Below, one piece after another: positions 12,964-26,200 of a DNA stretch of 64,000 nt; the stretch's first letter is position 1; every line of letters begins with the position of its first letter. The notes under the pieces were generated by a model that saw only the letters and a program-made list of their open reading frames with translations, did no database searches and was not told where the DNA came from. Source of the DNA: Tubiluchus corallicola. Lineage: Eukaryota > Animalia > Priapulida. Both the position numbers and the translations under genes were made by a program. The DNA is taken from assembly GCA_030141605.1 (NCBI GenBank), contig JAQGDQ010000883.1, positions 1-64,000 on the forward strand. The letters run 5' to 3'.

Positions 12964-13485
12964 TCATTCGTTTTGTGTTGTGCGTGACTGCATCATATTT
13001 TTTGAAACAGAAAGCACAGAAGGGTGAGACTGTTGTGCTTCAGGAGGAAATCTCCAACTCTGCATGTTTCTATCCGAAAATCTATATGATGCAATTTGCA
13101 CGTTGGGCACCCAATAGAGGGCGTAAATCTTGACCAAAAAGAGGCAAAACAGGATGGTGAATGAGTTAACGACAATTGCGAGAATCAAGAGTAAGATCCT
13201 ATGCTTGGTGTGAGTGTTGATGAAATAGGTGGGCAGGAAAGCAACCCACATGATGGCTGTGGTGTATGCGCAGAATCCAATAAAGCGAGACTCGTTGAAG
13301 TTGTCAGGTAATTTGCGCGTGCGCACTGCGTAGTAGCTGCAGACCAGTATGAGAAACACATTGTAGGCCGCAGACTTGATGAACTCTGCCAGTGAAATCT
13401 TGCAATGCAGTTCCACGTGGGTTCCTTCTTGAATCAGCTTCGGCATTGGTGGATAGAACCATATCATATCCAAACTGGATACGAT
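12964..13485 (-). pseudogene. Orphan duplicate of the class C GPCR terminal exon (open frame, intact acceptor, no exon 1 in window)
   Basis: Protein identical to exon 2 from MIWF to VQIA. Acceptor tttttttAG|ATC is retained. V>D change in TM4 and a longer tail. No Venus-flytrap ORF upstream in the ORF track. Confidence 0.75.
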
Positions 13486-14843
13486 CTAAAAAAAGAAGAG
13501 CATTAAACTTCATGGCATTTATTCTTTTTATCACTTGTGTGAACTAACCTGAACAATTAACCAACAATAATAACTGAACAATAACATTAAAACATCGTAT
13601 AAATTTTGAATTTAATTCAAATCATCATAATAATAACGTAGCATAACGTAACATAACGTAATATCTGGCAAAACACCCTTTCAAAGTTTAAATGAAAGTG
13701 ATAATAATAAGCCAGGCAAAGTATGCATAAAGCACGAAAATTGTTGTGTCTATCTGGGGTCTGCTCTGTCTGAGATACGATCTACACAGGTCTGCTCTGT
13801 GATTGGTCTGTCTGGAGTCCGATAATCACCAGCCGGAGTCTGTCTACTCTGAGATCTGTTGTGTTAATGGTCTGTGGCTGGTCTGTCTGAAATGTGATCT
13901 AACCGTCTCGTTTGTCACTAAGTCTGTCTGGCATCTCACTGATCTACATCCTGATCTATCATAAGTCTGGTCTGGGGATAGTCTCTGTTAGGTCTGGTCT
14001 GTCTGATTTTTAACCTGTTATAGATTTGGTCTGTCTAGATTTTGGCTCATTGAACCCAAATTGAAAAAATTGGCTGCTTTATAGCCTGCGAATTAATTAT
14101 GTCTGCAGCATTTTATACGACTGTGCGAAATTTCAAATGCTTACAATGAACTTGGTGTTCATGATAACTTTCAAAGATAGATGTGTAGCTTACACGAATT
14201 TCCCCAACAACATGACCAAGAACTGGGGACTCATACCGCAGCCAAAAATGCCATTTTTGTTCGATAGTTTTTGGACCATTTTCCACATTCTTGCACTGAC
14301 AAATCTAGCCAATGACCATGTCACACGAAACTGAGCAAGATCAGATTCAGACAGACCAAGACCAGACCTCAGACAGACAGACCACTTACGTTCAGCTGAG
14401 GAGTAAGCCATTAACAATTCAAGCACAAGCACTTGCATTTCTTGTGGAAAACGAAACAAGATTTGGTGAGATTGCTAAAAGTGAGACTTTTTGTTTCCAG
14501 TTCTTGCCCATTGCCAAAGTTGAACACATAAATATAGCAATGAGATGACACTGAACCGAGATGAACAGTGGGATGTATAAATCATCGAGAAGAAGAGGAC
14601 TGCACAGCTAGGTGAAGAAATCATGCAATTGTTTTAAATATAAACGAAACCATGTATATGACAACGAAGTGATGTATGTTACACTACGTATTTGTTACGT
14701 CACCAGCAAAACCCTAAAAAGCCCCACTAGACACAATTGATCATATTCACAACTGATTAATTGGAATAAAATGTGATGACAAAATCTTGAAAAAATCATT
14801 AAAGGTGAGAATAGGCTATAGGGGCAGAAAGGAAGACAAGAAC

Positions 14844-14844
<1 letters not shown>

Positions 14845-14886
<42 letters not shown>

Positions 14887-14895
14887 AGGGAGAGA

Positions 14896-14934
<39 letters not shown>

Positions 14935-14967
14935 GGGGAGAGGGAGAGAGAGAGAGAGAGAGGGAGA

Positions 14968-15007
<40 letters not shown>

Positions 15008-15020
15008 AAGAGAGAAAGAG
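14845..15020. repeat. (GA)n/purine-rich repeat
   Basis: Directly visible. Confidence 0.9.
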
Positions 15021-15592
15021 ATTACTAGTGATTGATGGTCATGAAATTTATTTGAAAAATGCGTACTGTACGAGCATAACTCTTTTCTGTGCAGTGGTCT
15101 AGGAAAGTTGCTCGTAACGCACTAATCTTTAAACTTTCAACTTCAGCATTAAAACATGCATAGATTATGAAAGAGACAGAACACTACAGGTTTTCACCGT
15201 AATAGAATCGACATTTAGAGACTAACTCTATTATCGATCTGCTAAGTCATGCGCCGTCCGACACCCCACGCCGTTACGTAACAACTTTTAGCTTTTTTTC
15301 TAGGCTGTACGTAGTAATTAAGTTAGTTACGGTGCTTTCTGACTGGGTAATGTTGCTGTACTTTTAAAACTTTTGTTAATTACTGATTTCGTATGAGTAA
15401 TTAATAATCAACAGTCATTAAACTCCAGAAGAATTTTACGTCCTCTCACCCTTGCGTCCCCTGTCGCCCCCCCCCCCCTTTGCGACGCCTCTGCATTTTC
15501 GTGATTATGTCAGTTTTACATGGACTGGGACACCATGAATGACCTCGCTTGTATTTGATCTATGACCTCAGCCCAAGCAATCCATTTCGAGT

Positions 15593-15725
15593 AGACGATT
15601 TAGTCTATTGGTAACGCGTCCGTTTTCCGTCTGGGAGGTCGCGAGTTCGATACCGCGGCCGGGTCATATCATTGAGCTAATGTTAATTGCTCATCCAAAA
15701 GCCGACTAAATAAATAATAAATATT
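15593..15725 (+). mobile_element. Internally deleted copy of the tRNA-derived SINE
   Basis: TTTAGTCTATTGGTAACGCGTCCG...GAGTTCGATACCGCGGCCGGGTCATA joined directly to the 3' end GAGCTAATGTTAATTG...AAAAGCCGAC. Confidence 0.65.
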
Positions 15726-15958
15726 ATCATTATTATTTCATTTCTGATTCATATGCATATTAGTTTGTTTGTAGTGTCGCCGTTTTTATCATAATGTATG
15801 CAAGCTAGTGATGATTGCTCCTGTACGAACTATATAATTATAATGTTTTGCAGGCCTTATTTCATGGGGGGGTGTAAGTGGGGATACTTCCCCGGGGCTT
15901 CACCCTCCAGGGGGGCCTCGCGCCGTGGTTACTTTTTTGCTTTATGCGAACATACTGC

Positions 15959-16091
<133 letters not shown>

Positions 16092-16823
16092 CCGCACGCG
16101 CGCCGTTTGCCTTGTGCGGCTCGGTGCAATGTTCAGCTGTTTCGTATGAATGTGGATGTAGCAAGAGGCCTTGATGTTAACGAGTTAATTGATAACTTTG
16201 CGAAACAAAAAGTCAGATGATGGCTTGTACGTAAGTGAGAGTACGGTATTACATATTGCAAAGATGTTGTTCTTGATTTGACTATTTGACAAGTATTAAG
16301 GACTGGTCTTGAGAATAAAACAATTTTTCTTTCAATTGTTCTTTCCTTTAACAACTGTATAACTCCATATTTTCTCTTCTAAAATGCTTCTCCGGCGTTC
16401 TAGCAGTTCAAAAAATTTTTGGGCGCCAACCATGGTGGCGCCCGCCCCCCGGCGCTTTGCCCCTCCTCACACGCCCAACTTCCCCTTGCCTCGCTTAAGC
16501 TAAAATAAGCCCTGATGTTTTGTGTGTCTCAAAATCAACTTTAAACTTATTGCACTGGATAACTGAAGCGTGCGCGCTTGTGAGTTGCGTTATGAAAAAA
16601 CAGACAGTAGGCGGATAGGATATCAGATGCCTCTCGACATGTAAGACAATGCCTACGTCATAGCTCGCGCGCTGTCACAATGGCATGAAACAGAAGAAGT
16701 GCTGCAAGATGATATTGCCATAAAAAGACTTTATTAATCTGGCACTGAAGGTTTTTATAAATTTTATATATAATATATTATTTTAACACTATTGCAAACG
16801 GTTGTTTTTAACTGGTTATACAT

Positions 16824-17066
16824 AATAATAATAATAATAATCTTTATTTTAAAGTCGGCTTTTGTGTCAACAATTAACATTAGCTCAAAGAGCTATTATT
16901 GCCGACTATAAATAACAACCTACAACTACATAACAGAGACCACACGTCAGACAAGGCAACAGCAGGTACCATTGTTAAAGTCTTTGGTATGACCCGGCCG
17001 CTGGTTCGAACTAACGACCTCCCAGACGGAAAGCAGACGCATTACCACTAGACTAAACCGACTGGA
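16824..17066 (-). mobile_element. tRNA-derived SINE with (ATT)n tail
   Basis: Minus strand: TTTAGTCTAGTGGTAATGCG (A box), GTTCGAACC (B box), CCGGGTCATACCAAAGACTTTAACAATGGTACC core. Same family as 9653. Confidence 0.75.
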
Positions 17067-18978
17067 GTAAACTAAACTAAACTAGACTAGACTAAACAGA
17101 CTAGATTAAACATAATTACTTTACTTGTAGATATATGATACAATTGTATGTCAACAGAAGAAGAAGAAAAAGTAACAAGTCATATTTCATTGTGTAGCAT
17201 TGTTCACAAATTCAGCATCACAGAAACGACGCGGTATCCAAGGAAACCGTTGCTAGCGCAGTTGTTTACCCTGCGAGTTTCAGAAATTTCACGACCAAAA
17301 CTGAACAAAAAATGTTTTGTTGCAAAATGCAACTTCGAGGCCCGATTTCTTTACGAAGGAAGCATTGAAATTTAATAAAATTAGTGTCATAATTACTATT
17401 AGCACTTTTTATTTAATAAAACTTGTTTTTAAAGTTGTAATTAACCTTTAAGCAACGTTTACTTCAGGTTTTTGAGATTTATCGAGAAAAAATTAGTTAA
17501 ATTATTCATGACTTAAATTTTGTGATAAAATATTTTTTATCGAGGTTTTATTAATTATCGCTGCATCACGTGATTGCCAAAGTTCCATTATTTCTTAAAA
17601 CGTCTTAATTGTAACTAGTTTAGTGAACGCATTATAATCATACTATATCGTGGCACATATATAAAAACTGCATTCGCCATCTGCTAGTGAATGTGACTAA
17701 GCTATTTTGGTGGTCACACCCACGGTGGGTGTATTTTGCCAATAATGTTGGAACAATAATATGATGCAAAAATGGTACATGTACACAAAAATTGACATGA
17801 AGTCCATAAGCAAAAGTGAGAAAATGTTTATCGTGAAGCATATAGGCTTTTTAGTGAAGAGCAATAATTCGATTTTATGTGAAATAAGTGACTCGGATTT
17901 GCATCACTAGGCCTACAAATAATTCAATTATTGTTGTTTACATTTCTACATGTAAAAGCGTAATTATAGCATTTCTACTTTCACCAAAATAGACAATATT
18001 ATTTTCCAAACACATGCGAGGCTTCTGGCGCTGTAAGTAAATGGTTTATTGAACTGTTTACGAGTCGACATTGAAAAGATTTAATTTGTGAAAGTTTTAT
18101 ACTTTTAAATCGCCTTCCCTATCTAAAATCCGCCGAGACAACTAATGCTTCTTATATCCTAGTCAACAATAGCTCAATATTCATTCGCTTAATGCTGCTT
18201 CATAACCATTATTGCTAATAATAGCAAAGCGATTACAGTTAGTACATTACGTTACTATCCTAGTTAGCAAGATGAAATGGGCTTACCTGCAGCCTACTCA
18301 AAATGAAACCATTAACGGGAAAATTGTGGAATTGAAAGAAAAAATGAAGTAATATCGTTATTTTCTTATCTCGTTTACTGATAGATTACACTTGGAGTCG
18401 GGAGCCTCGATACAGAACTTTTGCTGCTCACCTGAACCCCGATCCCGACCACTTCATCCTGGCCGAACCCTGATAATCCCGGACATCAATAACATACTGG
18501 GCCTGATCCTGAACCACTGATCTCGATCCGAATGCCAGATTCCTTCCCGAAACTCGAATGCCTCCAATATGGGCTGTATTGATTGTAGGCCTGTGATATT
18601 TCACTGTATTGCATCGTGATGCATTGTGTTGAACTGATTGCATGTATCAATAGTATTGTATTGAATAATAGTTGCATGAAATGATTGTGATTCTCTTTTA
18701 TTTTCTCTTTTCTACTGTAAGCTCACTGAAGCAGTATTGTGATAGCTAAAGTCACTCAGTATGGATAGTCGTAAGTGTGTGATTTGCTTTCGTTTTTTAA
18801 CAAGTAAATTATTTTCACGTGGTTCTTGTGGTACTACCATCTGCTATCTGTGATAAATTACTGGCATATGAATTGTCTCGTCATACACTTAACATGTATC
18901 TACTGTTAAAGACTGTTATTCAGTAGAATGGTAAATAAACATTAAGTTATCTATCTATTATTCATCTATTCTGGGTAG

Positions 18979-19263
18979 TTCGCGCCATATGATTTGCCCA
19001 GTGACCGTCAATACTTTTTCAACTTTTACTTATTGCGCTATCACGTGACCGACATATCTTCGCGTGATTGGTTAAATCGCGTTTCTTTACCGATGTGTTT
19101 TAAATCGTTGGCGCTGTGATTTTGTGATCGAAAACTTTAAAATTATACTCGTTTTTATTCTGTTTTTGATAAATTATAGAATATACGAATACTTACTTAT
19201 GATTGATTTAACGTAGTGCGATTGGTTTTTCCTGTTTTGAATTTTCAGGTGCAGTGGTTTGAA
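18979..19263 (+). promoter_or_regulatory. Putative KIF4 cell-cycle promoter
   Basis: TTCGCGCC (E2F-like, 18979), TCACGTGA (19041), ATTGG inverted CCAAT boxes (19067, 19221), CHR-like TTTGAA (19236, 19258). Followed by a GTGAGT donor at 19461 and an acceptor TTTAG at 20076 (5'UTR intron). Confidence 0.5.
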
Positions 19264-20082
19264 GTTCAATTTAAAATTTATACATATTATAACTGCATCA
19301 TTTGACCGGGGCTTAACGAACAACTGATCCATAACACTAACAGTTCATAAATGAGAATCTGTTAATCTGTTTTGAGTCCTCATTATGTTAATATTGAGCG
19401 GTTTTATAACTCGCTTTTCCGTCTACTAGTGGTAGTAATAAAATTAAGTTTATTAATCTGGTGAGTGTGTGACCAAAATTTATGGCCATACACTCCCCTC
19501 AATACATAAATTATTTTTATGTCAAATTTTATTGATACACTGTATTAGACGTTTAGGAGGTTATACTAGCTAAAGCCTATCGCCATGAAATCGTACCTGA
19601 TTGATAGTGATTTCATTGACTAGTTTATTGACACTGTCACTGACATTACCACTAGCCTATTGTCGGCTTTCAACACCACTTTTAAATTGCAGTTCGCATG
19701 TAATCATTTTCAATATGAATTAGAATTAGGTAAAAAAATGTTCGCTACGCTGTCCTACATACACGCTAATTATAGGCCTGCATGCAGTATAAAAGGGGTT
19801 AAAAATTGGCTTAACCACTTCGGATACCTCGCCCCCCCCCTGCTTGCCACATCTAGTTCCGGCCCTGCAGTGTTATGTCAACGACTGTTCAATGGCTTCA
19901 TCTAGTTGTTAGTGTCAGTGCACAAGTTTAAATTTTACGAGTTTTATATACAGCATTAAGTACTGCCAATGCAAGCTCTACATGCAATAAGACAGCGTCT
20001 ATGTGATGCAAAATTTTAACACAGTTTTTTTAACTTTATATAAAAATTATGTTTTTTTGTCCTTTAAATTATTTAGTTTACC

Positions 20083-20208
20083 ATGGCTGATTCTGGACCC
20101 GGGACTGTCATACCTGTTCGAGTGGCTGTTCGCTGTCGACCGTTGATACCAAAAGAACAGTTAGAGGGCTGTCAAACTTGCTTGGAGTTTATACCAAATG
20201 AGCCGCAG
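20083..20208 (+). CDS. KIF4: KIF4 coding exon 1 ([20 protein letters not shown]...EPQ)
   Basis: ccATGg start; CAG|GT donor. Confidence 0.9.
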
Positions 20209-23200
20209 GTATTCTGCTATACTACATCTAGCAATTGATGATTTATATTTTATACACTAAAAAGAAATATTACGACACGGTTAGAAATTTATGAAGAGGT
20301 GGAGGCTTGATTTTTAAAATCTTGCAACAGTCCTCACTTGCGAAAGATTCAAATTTTACTTATTTGTAAAATGAAATTTCATTTTTGCCTGTAGGTTGAA
20401 GCAGGGATGAGAATTTTCCGCAGATATGCGGAATTCCGAGTTTTTGGAAGACCAGTAGTGCCATTTTTGTAAATCGCGTAAATTCGTTGAGAAAATTTTT
20501 ACGAACCCAGTACATTATTTCACAAGCTGACCGCTAGTTGGCAGGCCATCACTTTGTTTACATCATGTACATCAGTGCTACCACGTGTATATCTCTATGT
20601 ATAAAATATAGAATCAATTGTGCGGAGTTATTTGAGTCAATTGCAGACAGTTTTTATATACTTTTGCATAGGAGCTGCCAGTGCTTAGGCGTTTTTGAGA
20701 CAATTAGGTATCATGTATCCTTGATAGTTGGGTATTTTAAATTATGCATGAAACAAGGTAACTGATATTTTAAGTCCACTTAGAGGCTCTCTATAGTGAC
20801 AAAATTGCTATTTGTTAGTTCGCCCCCTTGAACCCCCATGGGGACTTTGCCCCTCAACACCATTAGGGGCCTAGGTGGCCCCAAAAACCCCGGCCTGTTT
20901 CAGAGTTTTTTGCAATTTGTCATTCTCATCCCTGTGTTGAAGGTATGTTTATGTACATTGGTTACTGAATGCACATATTTCGTGCACATGTGTTATTCAT
21001 TCACTGTGTCACAATCCCAGCGTGCACCCCTGACTCACTAAACACGTTTTACTGGCAATATAAAGTCATTTATACACGATTTTGGTTAGTTAGCAAAGAG
21101 TGTGCAACTAATGCTCTGATTATTTTCAAACTTTGCACGTCAGCTCACGAAACAACGGACTGTGTCCCTAGTATGTACGACTTTTTGGACCAGATTTTGT
21201 CCGATTCTTCCGATATCCGTAAAAGCGAGGTCCGGCAAACCGAGATATGAGTGTAGAGAGAATGTAAAAATCGTGAAAGTTGATTTAAAATACAGTAAAT
21301 GCGCTAAAATGTCCATACACGTTTCAACACGCTGCTAGTATCATCAACAGTGGAATGAACAACTTCAATCTTCTTCCCAGCTTTTCCCTATTCGGGGTCG
21401 CCGTTGTGAATAAGTCTTCTCCATGCATTCCTGTTGTTGACCACCTCTTCATTTATGTTCTTCTCTCCAAGGTCTCTGTTAATACATTCAAACCATCTCA
21501 GCTTGGGTCGTCCTCTTCTTCTATTTCCCAGCACTTCCATTTCCATGACCTCCCTTCCCACGTGATCTTCCCCAACTCTTCTTTTCAGGTACCCATGTTT
21601 TTCGAGGCTTCCACTACTTTCACTGTTCCTCTAATATTACTATTCCTGATTTTATCCCTTCTTGTTACTCCCACCATCCATCTCAACATCCTCATCTTTG
21701 CCACATCCATTTTCTTCTCTTCTGTCTTCTTTAGAGGTGCTGCTTCCAGCCCATAAATTAGGACGGGTCTGACCACTGCTTTGTGAACTTTACCTTTAAG
21801 TCTCACTGGAACTTAATGAACAACTTCAATAATAGTAGTTAATAACTGTACAATAGGTACATGCATAGACAGGAGTTAATTACTTGTAGACATGCAGAAG
21901 CCTGTTAATGAGTGGAACACATTGATAGCATCAGAGGGGTGGGTAGATCATTTTATCCCTAATTTTAATATAAGTTTTTAACTTACTCGCGTAGATTGTT
22001 GCGGGAAAGGATAAAGCTTTCACATACGATTACGTATTCAGTCCCGATGTCGGCCAGGAAGAGATATACATGACTTCTACTTACAAGCTCATCTCTGGTC
22101 TATTTAAAGGTAATTCTTCTCTTACTGTATCAAACTGTAAATGAACTGAATTAACTATGATCGTTAAGCGAGTTACGATTCAGGATGTTCGTTTAGATTC
22201 CGTACAGGGAAGCAAAATTATTTTCTTATTGAAAAAATGTAGATACAGAATCGTAAACTTGCTATTCAGTAGGGCCGATACACCTATGTCACTATATGAT
22301 ACTTACCTCATGATATGCCTAAGATAATGTTTGCAGACTTTATATAAAGAAACTAGATGAAGCCATTGATAATAAATGCAAAACATATTTTATCAATCAA
22401 CAGTTTTAGGATTGCTAAATGCGAAAATAACTCGACAATCTCTGATTTCTTATTTCTTACTTGTGCAATGTGTAAGCTATTGTTTGCATTGTAAGTCACC
22501 AGAAAAGCAAAATATAGCAAATACTTTAGGTTTAAAAGTTGTTTGCGCGTTTTCTGGTTCACAAGTTTAATTATAGCCAACGTAATAGCCTATTACAGAT
22601 TAAACACCTTGTGTTTTCAACTGCTTTGGCTGTTGGTCTTGCCTGTGTCAAGTCAACGGCTGTTCACTGTGCAGATTGGGAAGCATCTACAGTATGCTCT
22701 ACAGCTGCAGCTTGAATTACTTCACTGATTGTTATGTATCTACAGTAAACTCTACAGCTGCAGCTTGAATTACTTCACTGATTGTTACGTATCTACAGTA
22801 AACTCTACAGCTGCAGCTTGAATTACTTCACTGATTGTTATGTATCTACAGTAAACTCTACAGCTGCAGCTTAAATTATTTCACTGATTGTTACATATCT
22901 ACAGTGCACTCTACAGCTGCAGCTTGAATTACTTCACTCATTGTTACATATCTGCAGTATGCTCTACAGCTGCAGGTTGAATTACTTCACTGATTGTTAC
23001 GTATCTACAGTATGCTCTACAGCTGCAGCTTGAATTACTTCACTGATTGTTACGTATCTACAGTGCACTCTACAGCTGCAGCTTGAATTACTGCACTCAT
23101 TGTTACGTATCTGCAGTATGCTCTACAGCTGCAGCTTGAATTACTTCACTCATTGTTACATATCTGCAGTATGCTCTACAGCTGCAGCTTGAATTACTTC

Positions 23201-26200
23201 ACTGATTGTTACGTATCTGCAGTATGCTCTACAGCTGCAGGTTGAATTACTTCACTCATTGTTACATATCTGCAGTACACTCTACAGCTGCAGCTTGAAT
23301 TACTGCACTGATTGTTACGTATCTGCAGTATGCTCTACAGCTGCAGGTTGAATTACTTCACTGATTGTTACGTATCTACAGTATGCTCTACAGCTGCAGC
23401 TTGAATTACTTCACTGATTGTTACGTATCTACAGTAAACTCTACAGCTGCAGCTTGAATTACTTCACTGATTGTTATGTATCTACAGTAAACTCTACAGC
23501 TGCAGCTTAAATTATTTCACTGATTGTTACATATCTACAGTGCACTCTACAGCTGCAGCTTGAATTACTTCACTCATTGTTACATATCTGCAGTATGCTC
23601 TACAGCTGCAGGTTGAATTACTTCACTGATTGTTACGTATCTACAGTATGCTCTACAGCTGCAGCTTGAATTACTTCACTGATTGTTACGTATCTACAGT
23701 GCACTCTACAGCTGCAGCTTGAATTACTGCACTCATTGTTACGTATCTGCAGTATGCTCTACAGCTGCAGGTTGAATTACTTCACTCATTGTTACATATC
23801 TGCAGTATGCTCTACAGCTGCAGGTTGAATTACTTCACTCATTGTTACATATCTGCAGTACACTCTACAGCTGCAGCTTGAATTACTGCACTGATTGTTA
23901 CGTATCTGCAGTATGCTCTACAGCTGCAGCTTGAATTACTTCACTCATTGTTACATATCTGCAGTATGCTCTACAGCTGCAGCTTGAGTTACTTCACTCA
24001 TTGTTACATATCTGCAGTATGCTCTACAGCTGCAGGTTGAATTACTTCACTGATCGTTACGTATCTACAGTATGCTCTACAGCTGCAGCTTGAATTACTT
24101 CACTGATTGTTACGTATCTACAGTGCACTCTACAGCTGCAGCTTGAATTACTGCACTCATTGTTACGTATCTGCAGTATGCTCTACAGCTGCAGGTTGAA
24201 TTACTTCACTCATTGTTACATATCTGCAGTATGCTCTACAGCTGCAGCTTGAATTACTTCACTCATTGTTACATATCTGCAGTATGCTCTACAGCTGCAG
24301 CTTGAATTACTTCACTGATTGTTACGTATCTGCAGTATGCTCTACAGCTGCAGGTTGAATTACTTCACTCATTGTTACATATCTGCAGTACACTCTACAG
24401 CTGCAGCTTGAATTACTGCACTGATTGTTATGTATCTGCAGTATGCTCTACAGCTGCAGGTTGAATTACTTCACTGATTGTTACGTATCTACAGTATGCT
24501 CTACAGCTGCAGCTTGAATTACTTCACTGATTGTTACGTATCTACAGTAAACTCTACAGCTGCAGCTTGAATTACTTCACTGATTGTTATGTATCTACAG
24601 TAAACTCTACAGCTGCAGCTTAAATTATTTCACTGATTGTTACATATCTACAGTGCACTCTACAGCTGCAGCTTGAATTACTTCACTCATTGTTACATAT
24701 CTGCAGTATGCTCTACAGCTGCAGGTTGAATTACTTCACTGATTGTTACGTATCTGCAGTATGCTCTACAGCTGCAGGTTGAATTACTTCACTCATTGTT
24801 ACATATCTGCAGTATGCTCTACAGCTGCAGCTTGAATTACTTCACTGATTGTTACGTATCTGCAGTATGCTCTACAGCTGCAGGTTGAATTACTTCACTC
24901 ATTGTTACATATCTGCAGTACACTCTACAGCTGCAGCTTGAATTACTGCACTGATTGTTACGTATCTGCAGTATGCTCTACAGCTGCAGGTTGAATTACT
25001 TCACTGATTGTTACGTATCTACAGTATGCTCTACAGCTGCAGCTTGAATTACTTCACTGATTGTTACGTATCTACAGTAAACTCTACAGCTGCAGCTTGA
25101 ATTACTTCACTGATTGTTATGTATCTACAGTAAACTCTACAGCTGCAGCTTAAATTATTTCACTGATTGTTACATATCTACAGTGCACTCTACAGCTGCA
25201 GCTTGAATTACTTCACTCATTGTTACATATCTGCAGTATGCTCTACAGCTGCAGGTTGAATTACTTCACTGATTGTTACGTATCTACAGTATGCTCTACA
25301 GCTGCAGCTTGAATTACTTCACTGATTGTTACGTATCTACAGTGCACTCTACAGCTGCAGCTTGAATTACTGCACTCATTGTTACGTATCTGCAGTGTGC
25401 TCTACAGCTGCAGCTTGAATTACTTCACTCATTGTTACATATCTGCAGTATGCTCTACAGCTGCAGCTTGAATTACTTCACTCATTGTTACATATCTGCA
25501 GTATGCTCTACAGCTGCAGCTTGAATTACTTCACTCATTGTTACATATCTGCAGTATGCTCTACAGCTGCAGGTTGAATTACTTCACTGATTGTTACGTA
25601 TCTGCAGTATGCTCTACAGCTGCAGGTTGAATTACTTCACTCATTGTTACATATCTGCAGTATGCTCTACAGCTGCAGGTTGAATTACTTCACTGATTGT
25701 TACGTATCTACAGTATGCTCTACAGCTGCAGCTTGAATTACTTCACTGATTGTTACGTATCTACAGTGCACTCTACAGCTGCAGCTTGAATTACTGCACT
25801 CATTGTTACGTATCTGCAGTATGCTCTACAGCTGCAGGTTGAATTACTTCACTCATTGTTACATATCTGCAGTATGCTCTACAGCTGCAGCTTGAATTAC
25901 TTCACTGATTGTTACGTATCTGCAGTATGCTCTACAGCTGCAGGTTGAATTACTTCACTCATTGTTACATATCTGCAGTACACTCTACAGCTGCAGCTTG
26001 AATTACTGCACTGATTGTTACGTTGTTTGTGGTTGTTGTTGTTAGTATCTGCAGTATGCTCTACAGCTGCAGGTTGAATTACTTCACTGATTGTTACGTA
26101 TCTACAGTATGCTCTACAGCTGCAGCTTGAATTACTTCACTGATTGTTACGTATCTACAGTAAACTCTACAGCTGCAGCTTGAATTACTTCACTGATTGT

